This document shows positions 1-8,187 of a stretch of 14,245 nucleotides of DNA, piece after piece. Positions within the stretch are counted from its first letter, which is position 1. Each line of letters starts with the position of its first letter. The notes under the pieces are model-generated. The model searched no databases, was not told where the DNA came from, and saw only the letters and a program-made list of their open reading frames with translations. The position numbers and the translations under genes are program-made. Source of the DNA: Myxococcota bacterium. GTDB taxonomy: Bacteria > Myxococcota_A > UBA9042 > PHBI01 > JAWLBL01. The stretch covers positions 1-14,245 of the forward strand of contig JAWLBL010000055.1 in assembly GCA_041687695.1 (NCBI GenBank). The letters are read 5' to 3'.

Positions 1-103
1 CGTCCCGCCCACGGCTCTCGGTATCGCCGCGCAGGACGAGGGACGCCAATTCTGGACCTACCCTCCCGCTACCGGGTTGGGAAGGGGGGACCTGACACCC
101 ATT

Positions 104-206
104 CGGCGCAGCTTGCTGCGCCGGGTTTGGCGGCCAGATCCCGGCGGCAAGCCGCCGGGGCCGGGGCTCCGGCAAGCCGGAGCACTCCAAGGCCGCCTCC
201 GCCGGC
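104..206. repeat. Cluster of three GC-rich REP-like hairpins downstream of the radical SAM gene
   Basis: Perfect inverted repeats CGGCGCAGC-TT-GCTGCGCCG (104-123), CCCGGCGGC-AA-GCCGCCGGG (140-159) and GCTCCGGC-AA-GCCGGAGC (166-183). The last is followed by ACTCCAA-GGCCGCCTCCGCCGGC, resembling the ACTCCGAAA-GCCGCCTGCGGCGGC tail in the 13421-14245 array. Confidence 0.7.
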
Positions 207-313
207 ATCATCACGACACCCTCTTCCAGCCGGCCCGACCTCGCCGCTGCCCTCGGCGCGCCCCCCCTGGGATCGCCGGCTTCCAGCCGGCCCGACCCGC
301 CGACCAGTCCCGC

Positions 314-1609
314 CTACCGGTCCAACGCCTCGACCAGCGCCAGCAGCAGCGGCTCCAGCCGATACGACACCGCGTCCGGCGTCTGCTCGGGCACGATGTC
401 CCAGCGCGCCGACCGGGTCATGCACGGCCGCCGCGGGTCGGTCGGATACAGCCGCACCCGCAGCTCGCCCGCCCCGTCCGCCAGCACCACGACGTGCCCG
501 TTGCGATAGGCCTTCAGCCCGCGCACCCGCCAGCCGCCCAGCGCCTGCCCGACCGTCAGCCCCACCCCGCCCTCGCCGGGCCTCGCGACCACCACCGGCG
601 TCGCCGGCGCCGCCCCCGCCCCAGCCGCCTCGGCCGCTCCCCGCGCCGGCCGCAGCACGTCCTCCTCCCAGCCGAACTTCTTGATGTACGGATGCGACAA
701 GCCCGCGCACGGCTGCGGCGCGTGCGCGCACACGCCCTCGTACAGGCAGGCGAACTTCGGCGCCTGCTCCCAGTAGCTCTGCTCGACCAGCACCGTCGGC
801 TGGCTGTCGTCGTGGTAGCGCTGAAAGCGCCCCAGCAGGCAGTGCGGGAACCACTTGACGATGGGCAGGATCCCCCGCCGCTCGCACGCCTCCAAGGCCT
901 CGACCAGATGCGGCAGCGCCTGCCCCACCCGCACGAACAGCCCGCGCGTATCCCCCTGGTCGATGCGCGGCCACAGGTTCCAGAAATCCATGGTCCGCGG
1001 CGAATACGGCGCCACCAACGCCACGATATCGGCCAGCCGCTCATGGTTCTGCGCCACGATGGCCGTGTTGGTCATCAGCGTCGCGCCGCTGCCGGCGATG
1101 GCCTCCAGCCCCGCCACGATGGCCCGGAACGACCCCTTGCGCGCGGTCAGCGCGTCGCAGATGGCCTCGTCCGGCCCATGCACCGACACGAAGAACTCGT
1201 CCACCCCCGCGTCCAGCAGCGCCCGCAAATACTTGCGGTTGGCCAGCCGCGTCCCGTTGGTCTGCACCCGCACGTGCTCGACCCCGGGCGTCGCCCGCGC
1301 CAGCTCGACGTACTCCAGCAGCTCGCGCTCGAGCGTCGCCTCGCCCCCCGAGAACGTCACCCGCCGGATGCGCTTCATCGCCTCGGCGTCGCCCACGAAC
1401 CGCCGAAACGTCTCCAGGTCCGCCCCCCGATACACCCCCAGCACGTCCTCGACCATGCAGAACACGCACGCCAGGTTGCAGCGAAACCCGAAGGTGACCA
1501 GCAGCGTGTGGGCGTCCGAGTAGTCCGGCGGGATCAGCTCGGGCCGGCTCTGCACCAGCCCCGCCGGCAGCAGCCTGTCCTGCCGCGGCGGCGCCTCAGA
1601 ACGAGCCAT
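314..1609 (-). CDS. Radical SAM protein (431 aa) with a C-terminal Cys cluster resembling HxsC-like enzymes and an extra ~75-aa C-terminal domain
   Basis: CNLACVFC (CxxxCxxC) near the N-terminus, FSGGEAT (GGE motif), VQTNG, VSVHG and the D-x-LT...GSF segment are typical of radical SAM cores. Then FPHC and C-LYEGVC-x6-CAG-x4-Y-x3-FG. GC3-rich codons. Confidence 0.93.
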   Translation of the reverse strand: MARSEAPPRQDRLLPAGLVQSRPELIPPDYSDAHTLLVTFGFRCNLACVFCMVEDVLGVYRGADLETFRRFVGDAEAMKRIRRVTFSGGEATLERELLEYVELARATPGVEHVRVQTNGTRLANRKYLRALLDAGVDEFFVSVHGPDEAICDALTARKGSFRAIVAGLEAIAGSGATLMTNTAIVAQNHERLADIVALVAPYSPRTMDFWNLWPRIDQGDTRGLFVRVGQALPHLVEALEACERRGILPIVKWFPHCLLGRFQRYHDDSQPTVLVEQSYWEQAPKFACLYEGVCAHAPQPCAGLSHPYIKKFGWEEDVLRPARGAAEAAGAGAAPATPVVVARPGEGGVGLTVGQALGGWRVRGLKAYRNGHVVVLADGAGELRVRLYPTDPRRPCMTRSARWDIVPEQTPDAVSYRLEPLLLALVEALDR

Positions 1610-2504
1610 ACAGCCCCCCCTTCAGGATCCGCAGCGCGCCGCCCTCGGTCACGTAGTCGAAGCCGATGTCCCACAAGAGATGGTCCAGCTCGCCCGCGTG
1701 CGCGACGATCCACCGCGGCAGCTCGCCCTCCCAGCCCAAAAACCCCAGCGCGAACAGCAGCTGCTCGGTGTCGATGCGCGAGAAGTACAGCGCGTCCGCC
1801 GACCGCTTGTTGGCCACGCAGATGTGCCCGCACCGAAACAGCTCGGGCGGGATCAGCACTGAGAGCGGCAGCTCGTCCCGCGAAAAGTGCACCCCGTACC
1901 GCAGCCGATACAGGATCTCGTCGATCTCCAGCCGCGGCCGATGAAAGCTGTACACGTTCTCGAAGGCCATCTCGGCCCCGCGCACCTTGTAGCTGCGGTC
2001 GGTGCCCTTCTGCCTCGGGTTGGTCGACACGTACACGTCCACCGCCGCCGGCGCCCCATCCCGCAGCTGCTCCACCCCCATCTCGACGCTGAACATGTGC
2101 CACGGCAGCGCCCTGGGCGGCCTGGCGTCCACCTCAAACGCCGGCGCCAGCACCTCGGCCACCCGCTCGATGCTCAGATCCGCCCGCTCGCGCCTGGGGT
2201 CGTAGAAGTACAGCTCCCACCCGGCCCCCTGCCCCGGCCCGTGGAACTTCACCCCGAACACCGTCCGGTCCGGCCCCAGCCCCCGCCGCAGCAGCTCGAC
2301 CACCCGCGCGCCCTCGTCCTCGACCCCCGCCAGCGCGAACGACTCGAACAGCACGTTGACCGACCGCAGCTTCCCCTCGACCGGCGCCCGCGGCTCGTAG
2401 GGCACCAGCGTGTAGTCGCACAGGACGTCCCCCGGCTGCATGCGCTCCAGCGCCCGGCGCGCGCGCCGCGGGACCGCTTCCAGACTGGGCGCCAGCTCGT
2501 CCAT
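1596..2504 (-). CDS. Hypothetical protein (302 aa), co-transcribed with the radical SAM gene; possible ABBA/PT-barrel-like fold (speculative)
   Basis: Globular composition with strong GC3 bias. Its 3' end overlaps the radical SAM start by 14 bp (1596-1609). Confidence 0.85.
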   Translation of the reverse strand: MDELAPSLEAVPRRARRALERMQPGDVLCDYTLVPYEPRAPVEGKLRSVNVLFESFALAGVEDEGARVVELLRRGLGPDRTVFGVKFHGPGQGAGWELYFYDPRRERADLSIERVAEVLAPAFEVDARPPRALPWHMFSVEMGVEQLRDGAPAAVDVYVSTNPRQKGTDRSYKVRGAEMAFENVYSFHRPRLEIDEILYRLRYGVHFSRDELPLSVLIPPELFRCGHICVANKRSADALYFSRIDTEQLLFALGFLGWEGELPRWIVAHAGELDHLLWDIGFDYVTEGGALRILKGGLYGSF

Positions 2505-3055
2505 GCGCCGCCGAAGCTACACCGCGGCCCCGCCCGCGTCGAGGCCGGCGCGGGGGGCACCTCCCCCGCCGCCGGCCCGAACGCCCAGCCCTCTTCCCCT
2601 CGCCCAGTTGTGATGCGGTGAGGGGAGCCTACGCCCGCCCCCCGGCGCCTGACCAGCGTCCAGTCCTCAGCGAGTGCCTCGAATCCGGCTCGCCGAAAAC
2701 TTTCCGTATCCAAGAACCAAACCCTCGAGATCTCCGCGGACTTGGCCCTGCCGTCCCTCACCGGGGACGCCCCCCCGCTGCCGTCCGACCGCTCGCGCCC
2801 GGAAGCCAGCCCCACCCACGCCGGGTTGACCCAGACGCCCCCCTCCCCTCCCGAGCGACACCCCCACGACGCCGCTGGACGCTCGCAGCCCGACGCGGCC
2901 GGCCTCCGCGCAGGCGCGGCCCCCCAGGCCCCGGCGCGCTCCGACGCCCCCGGCCGCAGCGACCGCGTCCCGCCGAGCGTCCACGCCGTGGCGGTGTCCC
3001 TCCAGCCCCCCTCTCCACACCACGCGCGGCTGGTCCGCGCAGACGAGGTCGCACC

Positions 3056-6000
3056 ATGTCTACGCAAAAGGTCCACGGGCCGCCCCCCCTCCGGCGACGC
3101 CTGCTCGACCTGCTCGGCGTGACGAGCGCCGCCGCCGCGCTCTCCGTCGGGTGGGTCGGCTGCGGCGACGACGCCGTCCGGGCCCCCATCACCGAACCCG
3201 ACGCCGTCGCCGACGTCATCGACGACGCGGCGGCCGACGTCACGCCGCCCGACGACGTCGCCCCGGACGGCCCGCCGGCCTTCGCCCCGCCGCCCGCCGA
3301 GCCGCACCCGGCCATGGACTTCATCACCTGGCGCGACGACGAGCTGTTCACGCTCTCCAACATCCAGATCGACTCGGTCACCCGCCAGCCGCTCTTCCTG
3401 GCCGACCCCCTGACGGCCACCTCGGGCCTCGAGAGCGTCTCCCACCTCGCCGCGTGCTCCGCCGGCTTCCTGTCCGACACCGTCCAGGGCGCCGCCGCGG
3501 CCGGCCGGGTCACCTCGGCCGACCGCGAGCGCGTGGTCATGGTCCACACCACGGTCGCCAACGCGCAGAACCTCCAGATCAGGTTCGGCAACGGGCTCCG
3601 GCCCCCCGAGTGCCTCGCCGCGGACGGCGGCCCCGGCTTCTCCCTGGGACCCTCGACCATCGTCGGCATCCCCTCGACGCCCGCCCTGGCCCCGGCCCCC
3701 ACGGTCGGCGACCAGCTCCTGCCCGCCATCTTCGACACGGACGTGACGGACCTCGACCGCCGCGAGGACGCCCAGGGCGCCCTGCGCGACGAGGTCATCG
3801 TCGCCTACGCCACCCCCGGCGCCAGCGCCACCCAGCACAGCGTCACCGTCGCCGTCGTCGACTGGACGGACGTCACCGGCACCGGCTCGAACGTGTACCC
3901 GACGGTGCAGACCGCCTCAGGCTCTCGCCCCCTCGACCTGAACGCCATCGGCGCCTCGGACCAGCCGGTCCCGACCGTCCCGCTCGCCGTCGCCGCCGGC
4001 GACTTCACGGGCGACGGCCGCCCCGAGTTCGCCGTGGCCTACCTGTCCAGCCCGACCCAGATCACGGTCGACCTCTTCGCCTACACCACCACCGTCGACG
4101 GCGCGACCATCACCCACACCCTGGGCCGCATCGGCACGACCAGCCTCTCGGCGACCTCGTCGGCGGTCGCGACCAACGCCTCCAAGGGCTTCACCCCCCA
4201 GCAGTGGTCCCGCGGCTTCGACGCCGTCGCCGGCGACTTCGACGGGGACGGCCGCGACGAGCTCATCGTCGGCGCCGTGGCCAGGGGCACCGCGACCTCG
4301 GACACCAGCCCCGCCGCCGCCATCGACCTCAAGGTCATCGACCTCGGCGAGGGGCTCGTGGCGGACACCCGCGGCACCCTGTTCGGTGTCGCCTACGGGA
4401 CCGCCACGACCGTGATCGCCAGCGAGCCGCTGGGCCTGCAGCTCGAAGCCGGCCTCATGCAGTTCGACGACGCGACCGGCAACGTGGGCCTGATGCAGCT
4501 CGTCATGGCCCACGGCGAGCGGGGCGGACGCGTGCCCGTCACGACCCTGGCCCTCGCCGACGATCTCGCGCTGACCACGCTCGGCAGCAACTTGATCGCG
4601 CGCACGACCCAGCAGGGCATCTTCTCGCTCGCGGTCGGCGGTCTGCGCGGCCTCCGGACGGCCACCGGCGACCCCGCGGACCTGCTGGACTCGGTCGCCC
4701 TCGGCCTGTGGGACGCCTCCGGCTACCGGCTGTGGCTCTTCCGGCCCGACGACACGACGGGCGTCCCCAGCGGCGGCTCGGTCACCAACCTGAACAGCGT
4801 CCCCATCCCCACCAGCGTCGTGTCGCGGGCGGTCCTGCCGATGGTCGCCTTCGACTACGAAGGCGACTCGGTGAACCTCGGCGCGCCGGTCCATCTCATC
4901 ATCGAGAACGTCACCCAGACCCAGGCCATCATCCAGGACCCGCCCAAGCACGCGTACTGGGACCAGACGCTGAACCGCGTGGTCACCATCAACCGCCTGC
5001 CCGACACCTTCGCCCAGCTCAGCAGCACCGACGTCGAGACCTTCAGCGCCAGCACGACCAACCAGTCCGACTTCACCATCGGCGGGTCGGTCGCCGTCAG
5101 CGCCTCGGCCAGCGCCCAGTCCCCCGGCTTCCTGGTCGACGCCAGCGTCAGCACCAGCATCTCGCAGACGCTGGGCTACGACTACAGCCAGCACGAGGAG
5201 ACCTTCAACTCGGGCGTGGCCACCCGCCGCTACGAGACGATCTACACCACCGAGAGCGACGACAAGATCACCTACATGCGCCAGACCATCGACGTCTGGC
5301 GGTATCGCGTCTACGGGGCCGACCTCATCGGCGACGACGGCCAGCCCATCGAGGGCAACCCGTTCATCGAGATCGTGGTCCCCCGCAACACCCCCGTCCC
5401 GGCGGTGGTGGGCGGCACGAGCGTGTCCTCCTGGTACCAGCCGCTGCACGAGCCCGGCAACGTCCTGTCCTACCCGCTGACCCTCGCCAACGCCGACGGC
5501 GATCTCATCCCCGCCGACCTGGGCCCGGTCCGCGTGCCCTGCGCGGCCGCCGGCCCGGACTGCGTCGCGGACGACGCCGGGCTGCTCTGGCGCGAGGTGG
5601 TCGAGACGCTCGCCACCCTGACCGGCGCCATCGACGGCACCACGACCGAGGTGCTGGTCCAGATGGAGACCACGACCGGCACCGGCCAGCGCGTGCAACA
5701 CACCAACAAGCTCACCAGCAGCACCGACATCTCGTCGACGGTCAAGGTCTCGGTGGCCGACCTGGCCAGCGTGTCCGCCTCCACCGAGGTCGAGCTGCAC
5801 GAGTCGGGCAGCTGGGGTGACCTCACCAACACCGAGACCACCACCAGCCAGACCCAGGGCGTGCGGCTCAAGCTCGGCTCCATCGCCGCCACGCGCGGCT
5901 ACGACTTCGAATCGGTGCTGTATGTGACCCAGGACGGCACACTCAAGCTGCAATTCGCCACCGACCCGCTGGGCAACGACACCGGCCGCTTCTTCTGGGA

Positions 6001-6997
6001 GACCACCTACGGCGGCGGCCCGGACCCGGCGCTGAACCTGCCCACGCGCTTCAACCCCGTCTACAACGTCAACAACATCGTCAACGACTGGACGCCGAAC
6101 CTCGAGGCCACGCGCAACAAGATGCGCGGCTTCTTCGTGCGCCAGAGCGCGCCGGACCCCATCACGGGCGAGCACCCGCTGCTCGGCCGCGCCATCAGCG
6201 TCGGCGAGACCGTCCGCCTCGAGGCCCGGGTCCACAACTTCACCGTGGCGCTCGACGGCGCGGTCACCAACCTGGCCGTCCAGTTCGAGGCCGTCCCGGT
6301 CGACAACCGGGGTGTCCCCATCGGCTCGCGCACCGTCCTCGGCCGCACGACCGTCCCCCGGGTCGACCCGCGCCAGATCGGCCTGGCCGTCTTCGACTGG
6401 AACACCGACGACCCGGCCTTCCGTGGAGTCGCCGGGACCTCGCAGCGCTGGCGCGTGTTCGTCGTCCTCGACCCGGACAACGCCATCGCGAACGAGATCT
6501 ACGAGTCCGAGGACCCCGACCCCACCCAGCGTCCCTTCTGTCAGGGCGGCGTGTGCGTCGACCCCGGCCAGAACAACGAGGGCTGGGAAGAGGTCGTCAT
6601 GGCCACGCCCATCGCCGGCGCCCCGCTGCTGCCGAACCCGACCTACGGCCTCGTCGCGGACGCCCTCGCCGCCATCGGCCCCGACGGCGAGCTGGTGCAC
6701 CGCACGGCCGAGGTCCTGTGGGGCCAGCCCATCGACCTGCACATCCTGGTGCAGGCCGAGCGCGCCGGCCTGGGCACCCGCCCGGTCTACTTCTACGACG
6801 GCGACCCCGACCAGGGCGGCCAGCTGCTCGGCGAGTCCGAGGTGCTCATCGGCGATCTCCAGGGCGCCAGCGCCCGCTTCCGCTGGACCCCGCTCACAGA
6901 GGGCACCCACACCCTCTTCGCCCGCATCGAGCCCCACGACGAAGACGAGGTCACCGAGAACCTCGCCATCCTCGAGGTCGTGGTGGTCCGTCCCTGA
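3056..6997 (+). CDS. Large secreted (putative Tat) lipoprotein, 1313 aa, with FG-GAP/VCBS motifs, Ser/Thr-rich beta regions and C-terminal CARDB/Ig-like domains
   Basis: ATG 3056 is preceded by GAGG (3045-3048). The N-terminus has RRRLL, a hydrophobic stretch and lipobox-like WVGC (Cys36), then a Pro/Asp-rich tether. FG-GAP-like motifs AVAAGDFTGDGRPEFAVAY and AVAGDFDGDGRDELIVG. CARDB-like VVLDPDNAIANEIYE...NN and FYDGDP...GTHTLFARI. Confidence 0.9.
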   Translation: MSTQKVHGPPPLRRRLLDLLGVTSAAAALSVGWVGCGDDAVRAPITEPDAVADVIDDAAADVTPPDDVAPDGPPAFAPPPAEPHPAMDFITWRDDELFTLSNIQIDSVTRQPLFLADPLTATSGLESVSHLAACSAGFLSDTVQGAAAAGRVTSADRERVVMVHTTVANAQNLQIRFGNGLRPPECLAADGGPGFSLGPSTIVGIPSTPALAPAPTVGDQLLPAIFDTDVTDLDRREDAQGALRDEVIVAYATPGASATQHSVTVAVVDWTDVTGTGSNVYPTVQTASGSRPLDLNAIGASDQPVPTVPLAVAAGDFTGDGRPEFAVAYLSSPTQITVDLFAYTTTVDGATITHTLGRIGTTSLSATSSAVATNASKGFTPQQWSRGFDAVAGDFDGDGRDELIVGAVARGTATSDTSPAAAIDLKVIDLGEGLVADTRGTLFGVAYGTATTVIASEPLGLQLEAGLMQFDDATGNVGLMQLVMAHGERGGRVPVTTLALADDLALTTLGSNLIARTTQQGIFSLAVGGLRGLRTATGDPADLLDSVALGLWDASGYRLWLFRPDDTTGVPSGGSVTNLNSVPIPTSVVSRAVLPMVAFDYEGDSVNLGAPVHLIIENVTQTQAIIQDPPKHAYWDQTLNRVVTINRLPDTFAQLSSTDVETFSASTTNQSDFTIGGSVAVSASASAQSPGFLVDASVSTSISQTLGYDYSQHEETFNSGVATRRYETIYTTESDDKITYMRQTIDVWRYRVYGADLIGDDGQPIEGNPFIEIVVPRNTPVPAVVGGTSVSSWYQPLHEPGNVLSYPLTLANADGDLIPADLGPVRVPCAAAGPDCVADDAGLLWREVVETLATLTGAIDGTTTEVLVQMETTTGTGQRVQHTNKLTSSTDISSTVKVSVADLASVSASTEVELHESGSWGDLTNTETTTSQTQGVRLKLGSIAATRGYDFESVLYVTQDGTLKLQFATDPLGNDTGRFFWETTYGGGPDPALNLPTRFNPVYNVNNIVNDWTPNLEATRNKMRGFFVRQSAPDPITGEHPLLGRAISVGETVRLEARVHNFTVALDGAVTNLAVQFEAVPVDNRGVPIGSRTVLGRTTVPRVDPRQIGLAVFDWNTDDPAFRGVAGTSQRWRVFVVLDPDNAIANEIYESEDPDPTQRPFCQGGVCVDPGQNNEGWEEVVMATPIAGAPLLPNPTYGLVADALAAIGPDGELVHRTAEVLWGQPIDLHILVQAERAGLGTRPVYFYDGDPDQGGQLLGESEVLIGDLQGASARFRWTPLTEGTHTLFARIEPHDEDEVTENLAILEVVVVRP

Positions 6998-7021
6998 CCC
7001 TCCGGCCTGCCCGACCGAACC

Positions 7022-7097
7022 GGGCCTCCGCCCCCTCCGGGGCGGGGGCCCCTCCCCAGCCCGCGCCCCCTCTGGCCCCGCCGCCCGAGGGGGCGTG
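7022..7097. terminator. Two GC-rich hairpins between convergent genes (possible terminator or 3' stabiliser, no U-tract)
   Basis: GGGCCTCCGCCCC-ctcc-GGGGCGGGGGCCC (7022-7051) and CGCGCCCCCTC...GAGGGGGCGTG (7062-7097). Each has one G-U wobble on the + strand and they begin 24 nt after the stop at 6997. Confidence 0.5.
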
Positions 7098-7103
7098 CCC
7101 CGT

Positions 7104-7328
7104 TCAGCTTCTCAGGGTCGGCCGCTCAGCGAGCGTCAGACGGACCGGCAAGTCCGCGGGGCCTTCGCCGTGCTCCAGCCGATCGGCGAGCACTCGGAAG
7201 GCCAGCGCCGAAACTGCTCGAATGGCAGCGTCTCGCGTCTCGCCATAGGCGAGCACGCCCGGCAGCTCGGGCACCTCGCCAATCCAGCGCCCATCGTCCT
7301 CGATCTCTACGTGAAGGCTCAGGTCCAT
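7104..7328 (-). CDS. hicB: HicB-family antitoxin-like protein (74 aa, short form without DNA-binding domain)
   Basis: MDLSLHVEIEDDGRWIGEVPELPGVLAYGETRDAAIRAV matches the HicB/UPF0150 pattern E-DG-W-x-x-VP-LPG-x-x-x-G-T-x-x-A. The real start is likely ATG 7328, not 7490. Confidence 0.88.
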   Translation of the reverse strand: MDLSLHVEIEDDGRWIGEVPELPGVLAYGETRDAAIRAVSALAFRVLADRLEHGEGPADLPVRLTLAERPTLRS

Positions 7329-7438
7329 GGCTCGAAGGTAGCTCCGCGCTGAGGCCCGCGCAACGCCCCCGACCCGCTCGGCAGGGTCATCGCACCTGGG
7401 CGACGGCGCCTTCACCGCCGTAGGCGCCCTCGCGCCGG

Positions 7439-7891
7439 GTCCCTGGTCGTTCGCGCTGGCCTCGCCGGCGCCATGGACCGCGCACATCATTCAGAGGAAC
7501 CGCAACGATCGCACAGCGCAGGCATGGCCTGCGCGGTCCACAGCCGCCTGCGGCGGCGGAACCACACCCCAGTCGCGACGTTTGTCGCTGGGCCCCGCGC
7601 CGGCCACGCCGGCGCTATGGACCGCGCACATCATTCAGATGAACCGCCGCAATCGCACAGCGCAGGCACGGCCTGCGCGGTCCACAGCCGCCTGCGGCGG
7701 CGGAACCACACCCCAGTCGCGACGTTTGTCGCTGGGCCCCGCGCCGGCCACGCCGGCGCCATGGATTGCGCACATCATTCAGAGGAACCGCGACGATCGC
7801 ACAGCGCAGGCATGGCCTGCGCGGTCCACGGCCGCCTGCGGCGGCGGAACGACACCCAAGCCCCGCGACCATCGTCCCTGGTCGTTCGCGC
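7439..7891. repeat. Tandem array of ~3.1 copies of a 144-bp palindrome-rich unit (REP/BIME-like)
   Basis: ATGGA(C/T)(C/T)GCGCACATCATTCAGA recurs at 7473, 7617 and 7761. GTCCCTGGTCGTTCGCGC occurs at both 7439-7456 and 7874-7891. Units carry hairpins GCGCAGGC-AYG-GCCTGCGC and GCCGCC-TGC-GGCGGC, with GCGCCGGC-CAC-GCCGGCGC at the junctions. Confidence 0.92.
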
Positions 7892-8136
7892 GCGCGGACG
7901 GCCTGGTTGCAGCGCCGGAGGAGCCGTCCCGCGACGACCAGCCCGGACTCGCCATCCGGCACCGGGTTCGCCGTAGCCGATTCCGCACTGCACCCAAGCC
8001 GGTGGAGCTCGCCGGAGGCCTGGTCGAGCCCCTCGCGTCGGCATTTTTTGGGCGTCACTTTCCTCGCATTTTCGACGACATCAGGCGCCCTGCGGAATTT
8101 TTTCGGGTGCGTGGGTCCACCTGGGGGTCCCGGTCC

Positions 8137-8158
8137 TGCTACCGTGACTTTCGTCACG
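8137..8158 (+). promoter_or_regulatory. Putative extended -10 promoter (TG-C-TACCGT) overlapped by palindrome CGTGA-N6-TCACG
   Basis: TGCTACCGT at 8137-8145 and CGTGACTTTCGTCACG at 8143-8158, about 30 nt upstream of the TTG start at 8188 (SD AGGAG at 8177-8181). Confidence 0.4.
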
Positions 8159-8187
8159 TTCGCCACCCCTGTCTGCAGGAGCCCTCG

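Noticed and set aside
314..1609. Assignment as moaA, pqqE or a specific hxsC orthologue
   Set aside because: It lacks the MoaA C-terminal CxxC...C and GG ending and a canonical SPASM pattern, and there is no pqq or His-Xaa-Ser locus context in the window.
77..2092. 671-aa plus-strand ORF and other long overlapping ORFs (3151-5820, 3917-6937, 10098-11981, 12002-13027, 2249-3838)
   Set aside because: Shadow frames of GC-rich genes: Arg/Pro/Gly-rich, without motifs, and overlapping well-supported CDSs.
2618..3055. N-terminal extension of the 1459-aa ORF
   Set aside because: Low-complexity Pro/Arg translation of intergenic DNA. The SD and signal peptide place the start at 3056.
7439..7891. CRISPR array or integron attC array
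   Set aside because: Units are near-identical over their full 144 bp, with no unique spacers or cassettes, and there is no cas gene or integrase in the window.
7473..7976. 167-aa repeat protein ORF
   Set aside because: It is a read-through of the 144-bp palindromic array. The period is a multiple of 3, but the DNA hairpins explain the conservation and the codon usage is not gene-like.
7582..8187. N-terminal extension of the 882-aa ORF
   Set aside because: It runs through the repeat and promoter region. The SD, TTG start and lipoprotein signal place the start at 8188.
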